Source: Cycloclasticus sp. (GTDB taxonomy: Bacteria > Pseudomonadota > Gammaproteobacteria > Methylococcales > Cycloclasticaceae). Taken from it: a stretch of 64,000 bases of DNA. Of the stretch, positions 1 through 9,014 are shown piece by piece. The position numbers were made by a program, and so were the translations under genes. Positions within the stretch are counted from its first letter, which is position 1. Every line of letters starts with the position of its first letter. The notes below the pieces were generated by a model that saw only the letters and a list, made by a program, of their open reading frames with translations, was not told the DNA's origin and made no database searches. The DNA lies in contig DUCS01000009.1 of assembly GCA_012959695.1 (NCBI GenBank), positions 72,016 through 136,015 on the forward strand, given 5' to 3'.

Positions 1-21
1 TTTTTATTATTGGAGATTCCT

Positions 22-1686
22 ATGCGTAACGTCCTCTTATCACTCATTATGGTAACGGTTTTGCCAGTTATGAGTGTTACTGCGGCTGACGATGCCGAAC
101 TAGCTGTGTTAGTCCCCGGTACTGGTACTTATAGCCGTGTTATTTCTACCGATTCAGAACAGGCTCAAGCATTTTTTGATCAAGGCTTGCGTTTAGCTTG
201 GAGTTTTTATTTCCCAGAGTCTATCGCTTCTTATCAGGAAGCAGCCCGCCTTGACCCTACAAGCCCCATGCCGTACTTTGGCCTTGCTCACGCTGCTGGG
301 CCAAACCCAAATAGTCGCTACAGACAAATGCCCGATGACCCAAAGGGAGCTGGCCTGGCTGCCATCCTCAAAGCTCGGGAGTTGGCTGCTAATGGAACGC
401 AGCTGGAACAAGATTTGATTAATGCCATGTTCGTTCTTTACGACAAAGCTGCAAATCGCGACAGTGTGAAACGTGATTTCGCTTTTCTAGATGCCATGCG
501 CAAGCTCCATAAAAAATATCCGGATGATGCCGATATCGCCACCCTGTTTGGTGAAGCCTATATGAACACCACTCGTTGGGATTACTGGAATGCGGACGGT
601 TCTGCTAAGGAAGGAACCAAAGAAGCCCAAGCTGCTTTTGAAACTGCGATGGCTTCAGAGCATGACCACCCTGGCGCCAATCATTTATATATTCATTTGA
701 TAGAGGGTTCTGCTCAGCCAGAACTTGCATTACCTTCCGCACAAAAACTCGAAGCTCTGGCACCGATTGCTGGGCACATGGTGCACATGCCTGGGCATAT
801 TTACCTACGTGTCGGTGATTATGAAAAGGCGGCGCGAACCAATGTACGTTCGCAAGTCGTTGACAAACAGTTTGCAAAAATCTGGGGTGATACCAACTTC
901 CCCCTCATTGGTACTTACCCGCTTTCTCATAAAATTCATAGACCCCATGCTTTAGACTTCGTCCGTTTCGCGAATACTTTACAAGGTAACTACGCAGCGG
1001 CATCTAAAGCCGCGCGGCAAGGTGCTAGCAGCGCGGGAGAAGACCCAGCCATGATTAACCGTGGTCAAAAGCGTATTGTGCAAAGCTGGATGGTGGAAAA
1101 AATCTTTGGTAAGTGGGATCTTATTTTAAACACCAAAGAGCCTCACAATGAAACGCCTTATCTAAAAGGCATGTGGAGTTATGTTAAAGGCAGTGCTCTA
1201 GTGGCCACGGGTGCGCTGGAGCAAGCGGAAATTGAGTTGAACAATCTTCGGCAACAAATTACAGCGGAGGGTGTGGATGATACCGGCGTTGATCCAACAT
1301 CAGCCTCTCATTTGTTAAATTTAGCGGCCACTGGTTTGCTAGGCGAACTTCGCGAAGCGCAGGGTGATCTCGATGGCGCTATAAAAACCTTTGACGCTGC
1401 AGTGAAGGTAGAAGATAACAACCGCTATATTGAACCCCCCGATTGGCCCCAGTCGATGCGCTTGTACCTGGGCGCTGCCCTATTGGCAGCAAATCGTGCG
1501 GAGGAAGCAGAGGCCATTTATCGGAAAGATCTCGAATGGAATCAGAAAAATGGCTGGGCAACCTTTGGGCTTTATCAGGCGTTAGAGGCACAGGAACATC
1601 GATTAGAAGAAGCTAAACTGGTTGAGCGCCAGTTTAAATCTTTCTGGCGTAACGCCGACACTGAACTAACGCGTTCTCACCTATAA
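22..1686 (+). CDS. Exported tetratricopeptide-repeat protein with His-rich motifs
   Basis: ATG at 22 follows GGAG (12-15). It has an N-terminal signal peptide, TPR-like helices (AQAFFDQGLRLAWSF; LGAALLAANRAEEAEAIYRKDL) and the motifs HPGANHLYIH and GHMVHMPGHIY. Confidence 0.75.
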   Translation: MRNVLLSLIMVTVLPVMSVTAADDAELAVLVPGTGTYSRVISTDSEQAQAFFDQGLRLAWSFYFPESIASYQEAARLDPTSPMPYFGLAHAAGPNPNSRYRQMPDDPKGAGLAAILKARELAANGTQLEQDLINAMFVLYDKAANRDSVKRDFAFLDAMRKLHKKYPDDADIATLFGEAYMNTTRWDYWNADGSAKEGTKEAQAAFETAMASEHDHPGANHLYIHLIEGSAQPELALPSAQKLEALAPIAGHMVHMPGHIYLRVGDYEKAARTNVRSQVVDKQFAKIWGDTNFPLIGTYPLSHKIHRPHALDFVRFANTLQGNYAAASKAARQGASSAGEDPAMINRGQKRIVQSWMVEKIFGKWDLILNTKEPHNETPYLKGMWSYVKGSALVATGALEQAEIELNNLRQQITAEGVDDTGVDPTSASHLLNLAATGLLGELREAQGDLDGAIKTFDAAVKVEDNNRYIEPPDWPQSMRLYLGAALLAANRAEEAEAIYRKDLEWNQKNGWATFGLYQALEAQEHRLEEAKLVERQFKSFWRNADTELTRSHL

Positions 1687-1773
1687 AGTCATATAGAAAA
1701 GTGTAAATATGGTTTCTTAAAAACAGGGACAGACCACGATTAATTAAAAGTCAATTCAGGAAACCTTAAACGC

Positions 1774-2427
1774 TTATTCACCAAATATACAGTCTTGGTT
1801 TTCCTCTAACCACAATGGATATTTGAACATGGCTTTTGAGAATAATCGGCTTTGCAAATGGTGATTTAACCATTTTTGTAAATGCACATAAGGCCCCTGT
1901 AAATACACTTGGCGATTAACTCTGGAAAACTGTCGAACAAAGGGTAACAAGGCATAGTCCAGCACGCTTGGCATAGAACCCATTAAGAATTCATGTTGTG
2001 TTAAACGAGATTCTAGTTGCTGAACAAAAGGTTCACATAGCTGTCGGCAATGCTCTTCATCATCGTTATGGTATCGCTTGGCGCGTTTGTATTGCTCTAG
2101 TGTTGGTTTAAATTCTTTGTCATTTTCTTCAATTATTGCCAGCATTTCTTTTAAACAATCTGCATGTTGAGAATAGAGTAAATTATCAGGATCATTGAGT
2201 TTTAGAGCCCAGAGCATGATGTTTAGGCTTTCATCTACAACATCAACACCGTTTTCCAGTATTAAAACAGGCACGGTACCTTTTGGTGACATGGTTAACA
2301 TGTGGGCTGGTTTATTCGTCATCGTAATAGCGCGGAGCATAACTGTCTGTTCTGCTAATAAAATAGCGAGCCTTGCACGCATCGCGTAGGGGCAATTTTG
2401 TAGAGAGTAGAGTATTGGTAATGTCAT
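1774..2427 (-). CDS. Glutathione S-transferase family protein
   Basis: LYSLQNCPYAMRARLA, SPKGTVPVL and ESLNIM are GST N-domain motifs. ATG at 2427 is preferred over the TTG at 2433. Confidence 0.88.
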   Translation of the reverse strand: MTLPILYSLQNCPYAMRARLAILLAEQTVMLRAITMTNKPAHMLTMSPKGTVPVLILENGVDVVDESLNIMLWALKLNDPDNLLYSQHADCLKEMLAIIEENDKEFKPTLEQYKRAKRYHNDDEEHCRQLCEPFVQQLESRLTQHEFLMGSMPSVLDYALLPFVRQFSRVNRQVYLQGPYVHLQKWLNHHLQSRLFSKAMFKYPLWLEENQDCIFGE

Positions 2428-2575
2428 GGGCAAAAAAGAACGTCTATTCTAAAAAATTTAAACACGGTTTTCTTCAACTTCACAAAACAAGACCTTTTAA
2501 CGCTACTGCAGTTCTTGAGCGCTAGGGCTATATTACCTACAATGGCCCTCTTGTTATTTAATTTACATCATACAT

Positions 2576-2827
2576 ATGAACGATACTAAATCACCACCCG
2601 CTTTACCTGATCGCCTGTCGGGCAACCCCCGTAGCCCACATCATGTGGCAGAAATATTTAAGCATAATATTGGCATTAAGCTGAACGGCAAAGAGCGCAC
2701 CGATGTTGAGGAATATTGCATCAGTGAAGGCTGGGTAAAAGTCGCTTCTCCTAAATCGTTGGACCGTAGAGGACAACCGCTTCTGATTAAGCTAAAGGGA
2801 ACGGTTGAGGCTTTTTATAGTAAGTAA
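2576..2827 (+). CDS. DUF3297 family small protein
   Basis: LPDRLS.NPRSP, NGKERTDVEEYCISEGWV and DRRGQPLLIKLKGTVEAFY match the family pattern as recalled. Confidence 0.75.
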   Translation: MNDTKSPPALPDRLSGNPRSPHHVAEIFKHNIGIKLNGKERTDVEEYCISEGWVKVASPKSLDRRGQPLLIKLKGTVEAFYSK

Positions 2828-2862
2828 CTCGCTCTTCTTTTTTAGAAGACCGCTTTTGTACC

Positions 2863-3753
2863 TCACTCCAGCGACAAATTATTGTCACAGCTAAAGCACT
2901 TTGGCTGCTGAGTAACTGGATCAATAAACTGAAGTTCCTTTGCTAGCAACTGTAAAGGTGCTGAATAGTTATCCGCTGATTTCGGTTGTAATTGTGGGTA
3001 GTATTTGTCATTCAATATAGGCCAACCTAATGCCTGCATATGAACGCGTAATTGATGGGTTTTGCCCGTTACGGGGTTTAATTCAAATAGCGCCTTGTGA
3101 GTAGTTTGTTGTACGCATCGAATTACAGAATGGCTATTGGCTTCGCCCTCGGCCACACGCATGCGAAAGTGTGGTTCGCCCTGCACGATACGATTCTTAA
3201 TAACCCACTCCTGACCCAGCAAATTTTCACCATCGCTAATATTGGCTATGGCTTGGTATGTTTTATGTATTTGCCGTGTTTCAAATAAACGATGGTAACG
3301 ATGGCGGATGTTAGGGTTAACAGAAAACATGACCAAGCCTGCGGTTACTCTATCCAAACGGTGTAATGCTTGTAAGCCCTTAATACCTGTGCGGCGTTGT
3401 AAGCGATTTTGCAAACATTCATTGACGTAGATACCACCGGGTGTGACGGCTAAAAAGTGGGGTTTATAGGCCACTAAAATATGTTCATCTTGGAATAGAA
3501 TTGTTTCCTTAAAGGGGATGCTGGGCTCGTTTTCAACTTCCCTATAATAATAGACCCGTTGCTGCGGTTGAAATGGCGATTGTGCCGTTATCAATGAGCC
3601 GTCGTGCCAGTGTACTTTGCCATCGGCCATTCGCTGTTGCCAAACCAGAGTATCAATATAGGGGAATTTAATACTTAGGTATTCCAACACGGTGGCAACG
3701 CCGGGGTTAGCCTGCGGTAAACTCAGCTTTGATGGGTGCTCAGAAATTGCCAT
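2863..3753 (-). CDS. RluA-family RNA pseudouridine synthase
   Basis: Catalytic HRLD motif (LHRLDRVTAGL), KPHFL and PVTGKTHQLRVHM. Confidence 0.92.
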   Translation of the reverse strand: MAISEHPSKLSLPQANPGVATVLEYLSIKFPYIDTLVWQQRMADGKVHWHDGSLITAQSPFQPQQRVYYYREVENEPSIPFKETILFQDEHILVAYKPHFLAVTPGGIYVNECLQNRLQRRTGIKGLQALHRLDRVTAGLVMFSVNPNIRHRYHRLFETRQIHKTYQAIANISDGENLLGQEWVIKNRIVQGEPHFRMRVAEGEANSHSVIRCVQQTTHKALFELNPVTGKTHQLRVHMQALGWPILNDKYYPQLQPKSADNYSAPLQLLAKELQFIDPVTQQPKCFSCDNNLSLE

Positions 3754-3849
3754 TTAGTGGTCCAAAATTTTGACTATAGCAGCACTTAATAGTGCTATGC
3801 CGTAATATCAATGGGGCAGATACTGTATTAAAAACACCGACTATAACGA

Positions 3850-6150
3850 CTACAATCCCTGCCTATATTGCGCCATGGTCGACAGCGGCACCATTTGGTT
3901 AAGCTGTTCCTTTGCGCTGCTTTGCCCGCCTATTATTTGTTCAAAGTATTCTATGAGCTGTGTTTTATTTTGCTCTGCCTTTGACCCTGCGCCGATGTTG
4001 GTTAGGTCTATAAAGAACTCATCAAATTTTTCAGATAAATCGTTGATGACATCTAAATTCAAAAACTGCTCATCGTTATAAATACTGGGGTAGCCGCCTT
4101 TTTGTTTATCAATGGCAAATGAAACACCTTTGACATTGGTAATGGTGGTGGCCTTTTCACACTTGAGCATACAGCCATCTTCAATACTCGGTTTTTTACA
4201 TCCAACAGTTTGTTGGAAGAAGCATTGCCGACTTGTCATCATCAATATGGGGTGATAAATACTGTAGAGCAACTTGAAGTTTTTTGGACGTGCGATTTTT
4301 TTAATCTGCATTCGGTTAATTTCGTTTGAAATAAAAGCACCGGAACAATTCAGCTCTTCTTGTAGTGTTAATAATGCGTAAGAATTAGTGGTGTTTAAAA
4401 ATGGCCCTGCTATCCAATCTATTCCCATTTCAACTGATTTATGGGCGATGCCGGTATTATTACTGACAATGCGTTTGGGGGCTACTTGCTCAAGGATTTT
4501 CACCGCTTCTAAATAGTCTTTACCGATAAGCACGGCTGGAAACCAAGGGATTAAACGCGGGTTTTGTAGCAGCAGGTCGATGTACTTGGTACAGCCTTTT
4601 TTGAAACTTTCAGGCAATTTAAAGTAGATATCTGCATCCGTCGTATCACACAAATACAGGTCTTTTTCATCCGCTATTAGAATGGACATGGATGGCTCAT
4701 TACTCACACCCTCAGCATGCTTTTTGGGATGATTAACCAGCGCTGGAACGTCGATGTTGGCCACTACCTCGATAGAGTCATTGAGTATGAAGGCTGCTTT
4801 GTTTTTTAGTTCTGCTAGTTCTTTAAAGGGAAGGCTTAGGTTATCGGCCAAGTTTTCAAAATTAACCGGTTCCATGGCGTAGCGTGCATTATTAAAGCCT
4901 TTAAAACGTTTTTGTATGGCCGCTGGGTCTAGCGTTGATTGCATTGCCTTTTTTAATGGCTCGTTGGATTCCACCACATGGGTTGCATCTAACCCGTTGC
5001 TGCCTGTTACTTGTAGGGTTAAGACTAACGGCTCATTAATCTGCCCGGAAAAATTCAGTGCTAGTGCTTGCTTGGCTATGCTTAAATCTTTAATTTTGTC
5101 GGCTAATTCATCACCCAGTTTATTTCTTTCGTCATAAAGACTCTGCTTTGCCTTGTGAATTTGCGGGATGGAGACGGCTTGGCTTTTCGTTACCGCATGT
5201 TCAACACTGTGGTCACGAGGGTTATCTATAAACATGCCTTTTGTTAGATTTCCCTTTAAAAATGAATTGGTAAAATCACGGTTAAAGACTTTATGTAAAT
5301 TTGAATCGTCCGACAACAACTGCCCCGTTTCTTCAAATTTATCCATCTGTTTGCGCCAACTGTCTACGACGGTATAAACGTAATGCGCGCCTTTAATGCG
5401 CCCTTCTATCTTTAGCGAATCTACACCGGCATCCACTAGTTCAGGCAAATCAAAATAGGCCGAGTTATCTTTTAAATTTAGCGGGAATTTATTGCCCGTT
5501 GCAGTGGTTTCGTATTCATCACGGCATGCTTGGCTGCAGCGCCCACGGTTACCCGAATTACCCACACTTACGGAACTGGAATAACATTGGCCAGAAAACG
5601 CGATGCACAACGCCCCGTGCACAAACACTTCTGTCAACACATCATGATCATGCGCGAAGCTTGTGAGTGTTTTCACTTCTTGCAAATTTAACTCGCGCGA
5701 TAAATTAACGCGGCTTGCGCCAATGCGCCCAAGGAATTGTATTTGCCCCTCGTTATGCGTTGTTAGCTGAGTGGAGGCATGAATATCGAGCGTGGGGAAA
5801 TATTTTTTAACGAGATTAAACACGCCTAAGTCTTGAACGATAATGCCATCCAAATTGATATTAACCAGTCTGTTTAGCAGCTTTATTAACGCCGGCATTT
5901 CTTGTTCAAGAATAACCACGTTGAGCGTTAAAAATACTTGGCATTCATGCTGATGCGCCAACCGTACAACGCCGCACAAATCATCAAAGGACAAGTTTGT
6001 GGCGCGGTTACGGGCATTAAACATATCTAAGCCGCAATACACGGCATTCGCACCCGCTACGATGGCAGCTTTAATAGCCTCCGCATTACCACCCGGGGCC
6101 AACAATTCAACTCTGCTCTTCATCATGTGTTTAATACGATCGTACGCCAT
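3850..6150 (-). CDS. Peptidase U32 family Fe-S protein, long RlhA-like form (putative RNA hydroxylase)
   Basis: ELLAPGG, GANAVYCG, HASTQ, EVFVHGALCIAFSGQC, NRGRCSQACR and SLKIEGR motifs plus a long C-terminal extension. The true start may be the ATG at 6126. Confidence 0.85.
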   Translation of the reverse strand: MAYDRIKHMMKSRVELLAPGGNAEAIKAAIVAGANAVYCGLDMFNARNRATNLSFDDLCGVVRLAHQHECQVFLTLNVVILEQEMPALIKLLNRLVNINLDGIIVQDLGVFNLVKKYFPTLDIHASTQLTTHNEGQIQFLGRIGASRVNLSRELNLQEVKTLTSFAHDHDVLTEVFVHGALCIAFSGQCYSSSVSVGNSGNRGRCSQACRDEYETTATGNKFPLNLKDNSAYFDLPELVDAGVDSLKIEGRIKGAHYVYTVVDSWRKQMDKFEETGQLLSDDSNLHKVFNRDFTNSFLKGNLTKGMFIDNPRDHSVEHAVTKSQAVSIPQIHKAKQSLYDERNKLGDELADKIKDLSIAKQALALNFSGQINEPLVLTLQVTGSNGLDATHVVESNEPLKKAMQSTLDPAAIQKRFKGFNNARYAMEPVNFENLADNLSLPFKELAELKNKAAFILNDSIEVVANIDVPALVNHPKKHAEGVSNEPSMSILIADEKDLYLCDTTDADIYFKLPESFKKGCTKYIDLLLQNPRLIPWFPAVLIGKDYLEAVKILEQVAPKRIVSNNTGIAHKSVEMGIDWIAGPFLNTTNSYALLTLQEELNCSGAFISNEINRMQIKKIARPKNFKLLYSIYHPILMMTSRQCFFQQTVGCKKPSIEDGCMLKCEKATTITNVKGVSFAIDKQKGGYPSIYNDEQFLNLDVINDLSEKFDEFFIDLTNIGAGSKAEQNKTQLIEYFEQIIGGQSSAKEQLNQMVPLSTMAQYRQGL

Positions 6151-6292
6151 TTTAAAAATGCCATTTTACTGTATTCAAGATGAAGAGCTAAGGTTGGGCT
6201 CCATTTAATTTAAACGGACACCAAACTAGCGAGCAAAAGCATCGCGCACTGGACTACGTTACGCCGATTGTTTTGCCTAAAAGATACCCCGT

Positions 6293-6400
6293 TTAACTGT
6301 CTAAACCTTTACTTGCTGCTTTCTTAGCTGCCTTTTTTCCTTTTGGTGATAAAAGCGGTTTTTCCTTAGCTGGTTTTTTGCTGTCTTGTCCTTTACTCAT
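6293..6400 (-). CDS. 35-aa Lys-rich small protein (not in the ORF track)
   Basis: Manual translation gives MSKGQDSKKPAKEKPLLSPKGKKAAKKAASKGLDS*. It resembles a recurrent family of small basic proteobacterial proteins (MSKG.D.KK..KKKP..T.KEK.AAK). Confidence 0.65.
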   Translation of the reverse strand: MSKGQDSKKPAKEKPLLSPKGKKAAKKAASKGLDS

Positions 6401-6621
6401 AATGTTTTCATCTTCTAGTAACTTTTAAAACCTTACGTTAGTTTTACCAACATAAAGAAGCGTAGCTATGTATCAAATTCAATTCAACCGCCCTGATCAA
6501 CACGTAACAATTTAAGTATTGACCTGTACCCCGTATGGGCGTTCAATTGATAGGAATAACTTATAATTGCTGATTGCCATGTATATTATTGGCACACTTA
6601 AAAACTCAAACCGCCTAAACC

Positions 6622-7110
6622 ATGGAAAAAGTAGTTGTACTGGTTGATGTACAAAATATTTATTACACGACCAAGCAGTCTTACCATTGTCATTTTGATT
6701 ACAATAAATTTTGGGCCAAAGCCACATTAAATAGAACCGTAACGAAAGCGATTGCTTATGCGATAGACCGTGGTGATGAGAAACAACGGCAATTTCAAAA
6801 TATACTCCGAGCCATCGGTTTTGAGGTAAAGCTAAAACCGTTTATCCAACGGGTTGATGGAACTGCAAAAGGCGAGTGGGATGTGGGCATAGCACTTGAC
6901 GCGATGGAGTACGCCAACGATGCAGATGTGGTTGTACTGGCATCAGGTGACGGGGATTTTGATTTACTGGTTGATAAAATACGTAATGACCTAAACACGA
7001 CAGTAGAAGTTTACGGCGTACCTAAGTTTACATCTACATCACTCATTAATTCTGCATCAACATATATTCCCATTAATGAGGGGTTATTATTAGGTACATC
7101 TAGAAAATAA
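6622..7110 (+). CDS. NYN domain (LabA/DUF88, PIN-like) protein
   Basis: VLVDVQNIYY, KGEWDVGIALD and LASGDGDFDLL acidic motifs. Confidence 0.88.
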   Translation: MEKVVVLVDVQNIYYTTKQSYHCHFDYNKFWAKATLNRTVTKAIAYAIDRGDEKQRQFQNILRAIGFEVKLKPFIQRVDGTAKGEWDVGIALDAMEYANDADVVVLASGDGDFDLLVDKIRNDLNTTVEVYGVPKFTSTSLINSASTYIPINEGLLLGTSRK

Positions 7111-7147
7111 TCGACAACCTATTATGACCTTGCTATCTAATGATTAA

Positions 7148-7615
7148 ATGAAAAACACCGCAAAACTTTCAAGCTGTAGACAATATCGTTACGCCTTATG
7201 GCGCACGTGGGACGATTCAAAACCTTTTGTATTATTCGTGGGGCTTAATCCATCTACAGCGGATGAAACGACGGATGATGCGACATTAACCCGCTGCATA
7301 AATTTCGCCAAATCTTGGCATTATGGTGGCGTGTGCATGGCCAACTTGTTCGCTTTTCGTGCGACACAACCGTCTGATATGAAACTAGCTATCGACCCCA
7401 TTGGCAAAGATAACAATAAGTGGCTTAAGAAGCTGGCTAACGACGCGGCAATTGTCGTGGCAGCATGGGGTAATGATGGTGCTTTTTTAGGCCGTTCAAC
7501 GGACGCGAAAAAGCTATTATCGAATTTACATTATTTGAAAATAAACCAGTCTGGCGAACCCGCTCACCCATTGTATTTGGCAGCTAAATTAACACCACAA
7601 AAACTTCAAAAGTAG
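7148..7615 (+). CDS. DUF1643 family protein
   Basis: YRYALWRTWD, GLNPSTADE, NLFAFRAT.P, AAWG and PAHPLY motifs. Confidence 0.85.
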   Translation: MKNTAKLSSCRQYRYALWRTWDDSKPFVLFVGLNPSTADETTDDATLTRCINFAKSWHYGGVCMANLFAFRATQPSDMKLAIDPIGKDNNKWLKKLANDAAIVVAAWGNDGAFLGRSTDAKKLLSNLHYLKINQSGEPAHPLYLAAKLTPQKLQK

Positions 7616-7640
7616 TCGACTGCACTATAATTCATCGCTT

Positions 7641-8849
7641 ATGACACCTTTATTAAGAAACACCCCTCATTTTGCAATAGCCCAAGGGCTAATGGTCAGC
7701 GCGGTTTCGTTGAATGTTACTTGCGCGGCATTGGTCGGTTATTCATTAGCCGATGATAAGTCGCTAGCGACGCTACCTCTGGCTGTGATGTTTATTGCCA
7801 CCATGCTATGCAGCATACCGTCATCATTATTGCTTGAAAAAATAGGTCGTAAAAAAGGTTTTATGCTCGCCACATTAATAGGCGTTAGCGCTGGGGCTGT
7901 TGCTAGCTATGCGATTGTTATTCATGAGTTTTGGTTATTTGTTGTGGGCGTTGGCCTAATCGGTGTATTTAACAGCGTTGGGAACTATTTCCGCTTTGCG
8001 GCCGCAGACAACGTAACCGAAGAATATAAAAGCCGAGCTATTTCTTATGTGATGCTAGGTGGTGTTGTAGCTGCATTCGTTGGGCCTAATCTGGCTAGCT
8101 TCGCCAAAGATTGGGTTATTGATGCGCAATTTGCGGGCAGTTATGCAGCCATTATTGGGGTGTATATCATCATGCTGCTTATATTAAGTGGGCTTTCAAT
8201 AGACACTAAGCACTTAGAGACTACAGCAGAACCTTCCTTTCAACCAGCACGCCCATTATCAATAATTATCAGACAACCTAAGTTTATTGTTGCGGTTATT
8301 TGCGCCATGTTAAGTTACGGCGTGATGTCGCTGGTGATGACTGCCACGCCCTTGGCCATGATGCATCATAACCACACGTTTGCTAACACTGCCTTTGTTA
8401 TCCAATGGCATTTACTTGGTATGTTTATACCTTCTTTTTTTACTGGGTATTTAATTCGCCATTTTGGCCTGTTTACGATACTTACTACTGGCGTGATTAT
8501 TGGATTTGCTTGTGTCGCCATTAACTTGATGGGGCATGGCTTAAACCACTATTGGCTAGCGCTCGTTTTATTAGGTGTTTGCTGGAATTTTTTGTTTGTT
8601 GGCGGTACCACTTTGCTTACTGAAACGTACCGTCCTGAAGAGCGAGCTAAAGTTCAAGGCTTGAATGATTTTATCGTTTTTTCCACCGCTGCATTAGCTT
8701 CGCTTTCTGCGGGGTATTTACAATTTACATTTGGTTGGAAATGGGTAAACCTTGGCATTATCCCTGCATTAATCATTGTATTGATAAGCCTTATTTGGAT
8801 GAAGGCACGTACTCGTCAAAGTGACTTAGGCAATAGTGTTAAAACATAA
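7641..8849 (+). CDS. MFS transporter
   Basis: About 12 hydrophobic segments; motif-A-like EKIGRKKGF; YFRFAAAD and SRAISYVMLGG. Confidence 0.88.
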   Translation: MTPLLRNTPHFAIAQGLMVSAVSLNVTCAALVGYSLADDKSLATLPLAVMFIATMLCSIPSSLLLEKIGRKKGFMLATLIGVSAGAVASYAIVIHEFWLFVVGVGLIGVFNSVGNYFRFAAADNVTEEYKSRAISYVMLGGVVAAFVGPNLASFAKDWVIDAQFAGSYAAIIGVYIIMLLILSGLSIDTKHLETTAEPSFQPARPLSIIIRQPKFIVAVICAMLSYGVMSLVMTATPLAMMHHNHTFANTAFVIQWHLLGMFIPSFFTGYLIRHFGLFTILTTGVIIGFACVAINLMGHGLNHYWLALVLLGVCWNFLFVGGTTLLTETYRPEERAKVQGLNDFIVFSTAALASLSAGYLQFTFGWKWVNLGIIPALIIVLISLIWMKARTRQSDLGNSVKT

Positions 8850-8917
8850 AGTGCGTAAACGCACTTTTTTAAACTATCGTCATAGACAAATATTAGAATT
8901 GGCCTATATTTACACCT

Positions 8918-8996
8918 GTTAGGTAGTTCTCAAGACAACCCGACCTCCTCAGGTTTAATAACCTACTTCAGCCTACTTTCCAGTAGGCTTTTTTTT
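8918..8996 (+). ncRNA. Candidate ~80 nt small RNA with anti-SD segment
   Basis: TAGACA-N16-TATATT upstream (8883-8910). Two predicted hairpins flank a CTCCTC linker, and an intrinsic terminator ends it. No ORF. Confidence 0.4.
8970..8996 (+). terminator. Rho-independent terminator
   Basis: AGCCTACT-TTCC-AGTAGGCT stem-loop followed by a T run. Confidence 0.85.
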
Positions 8997-9014
8997 GCCT
9001 AAAAGTGGCTAAGA

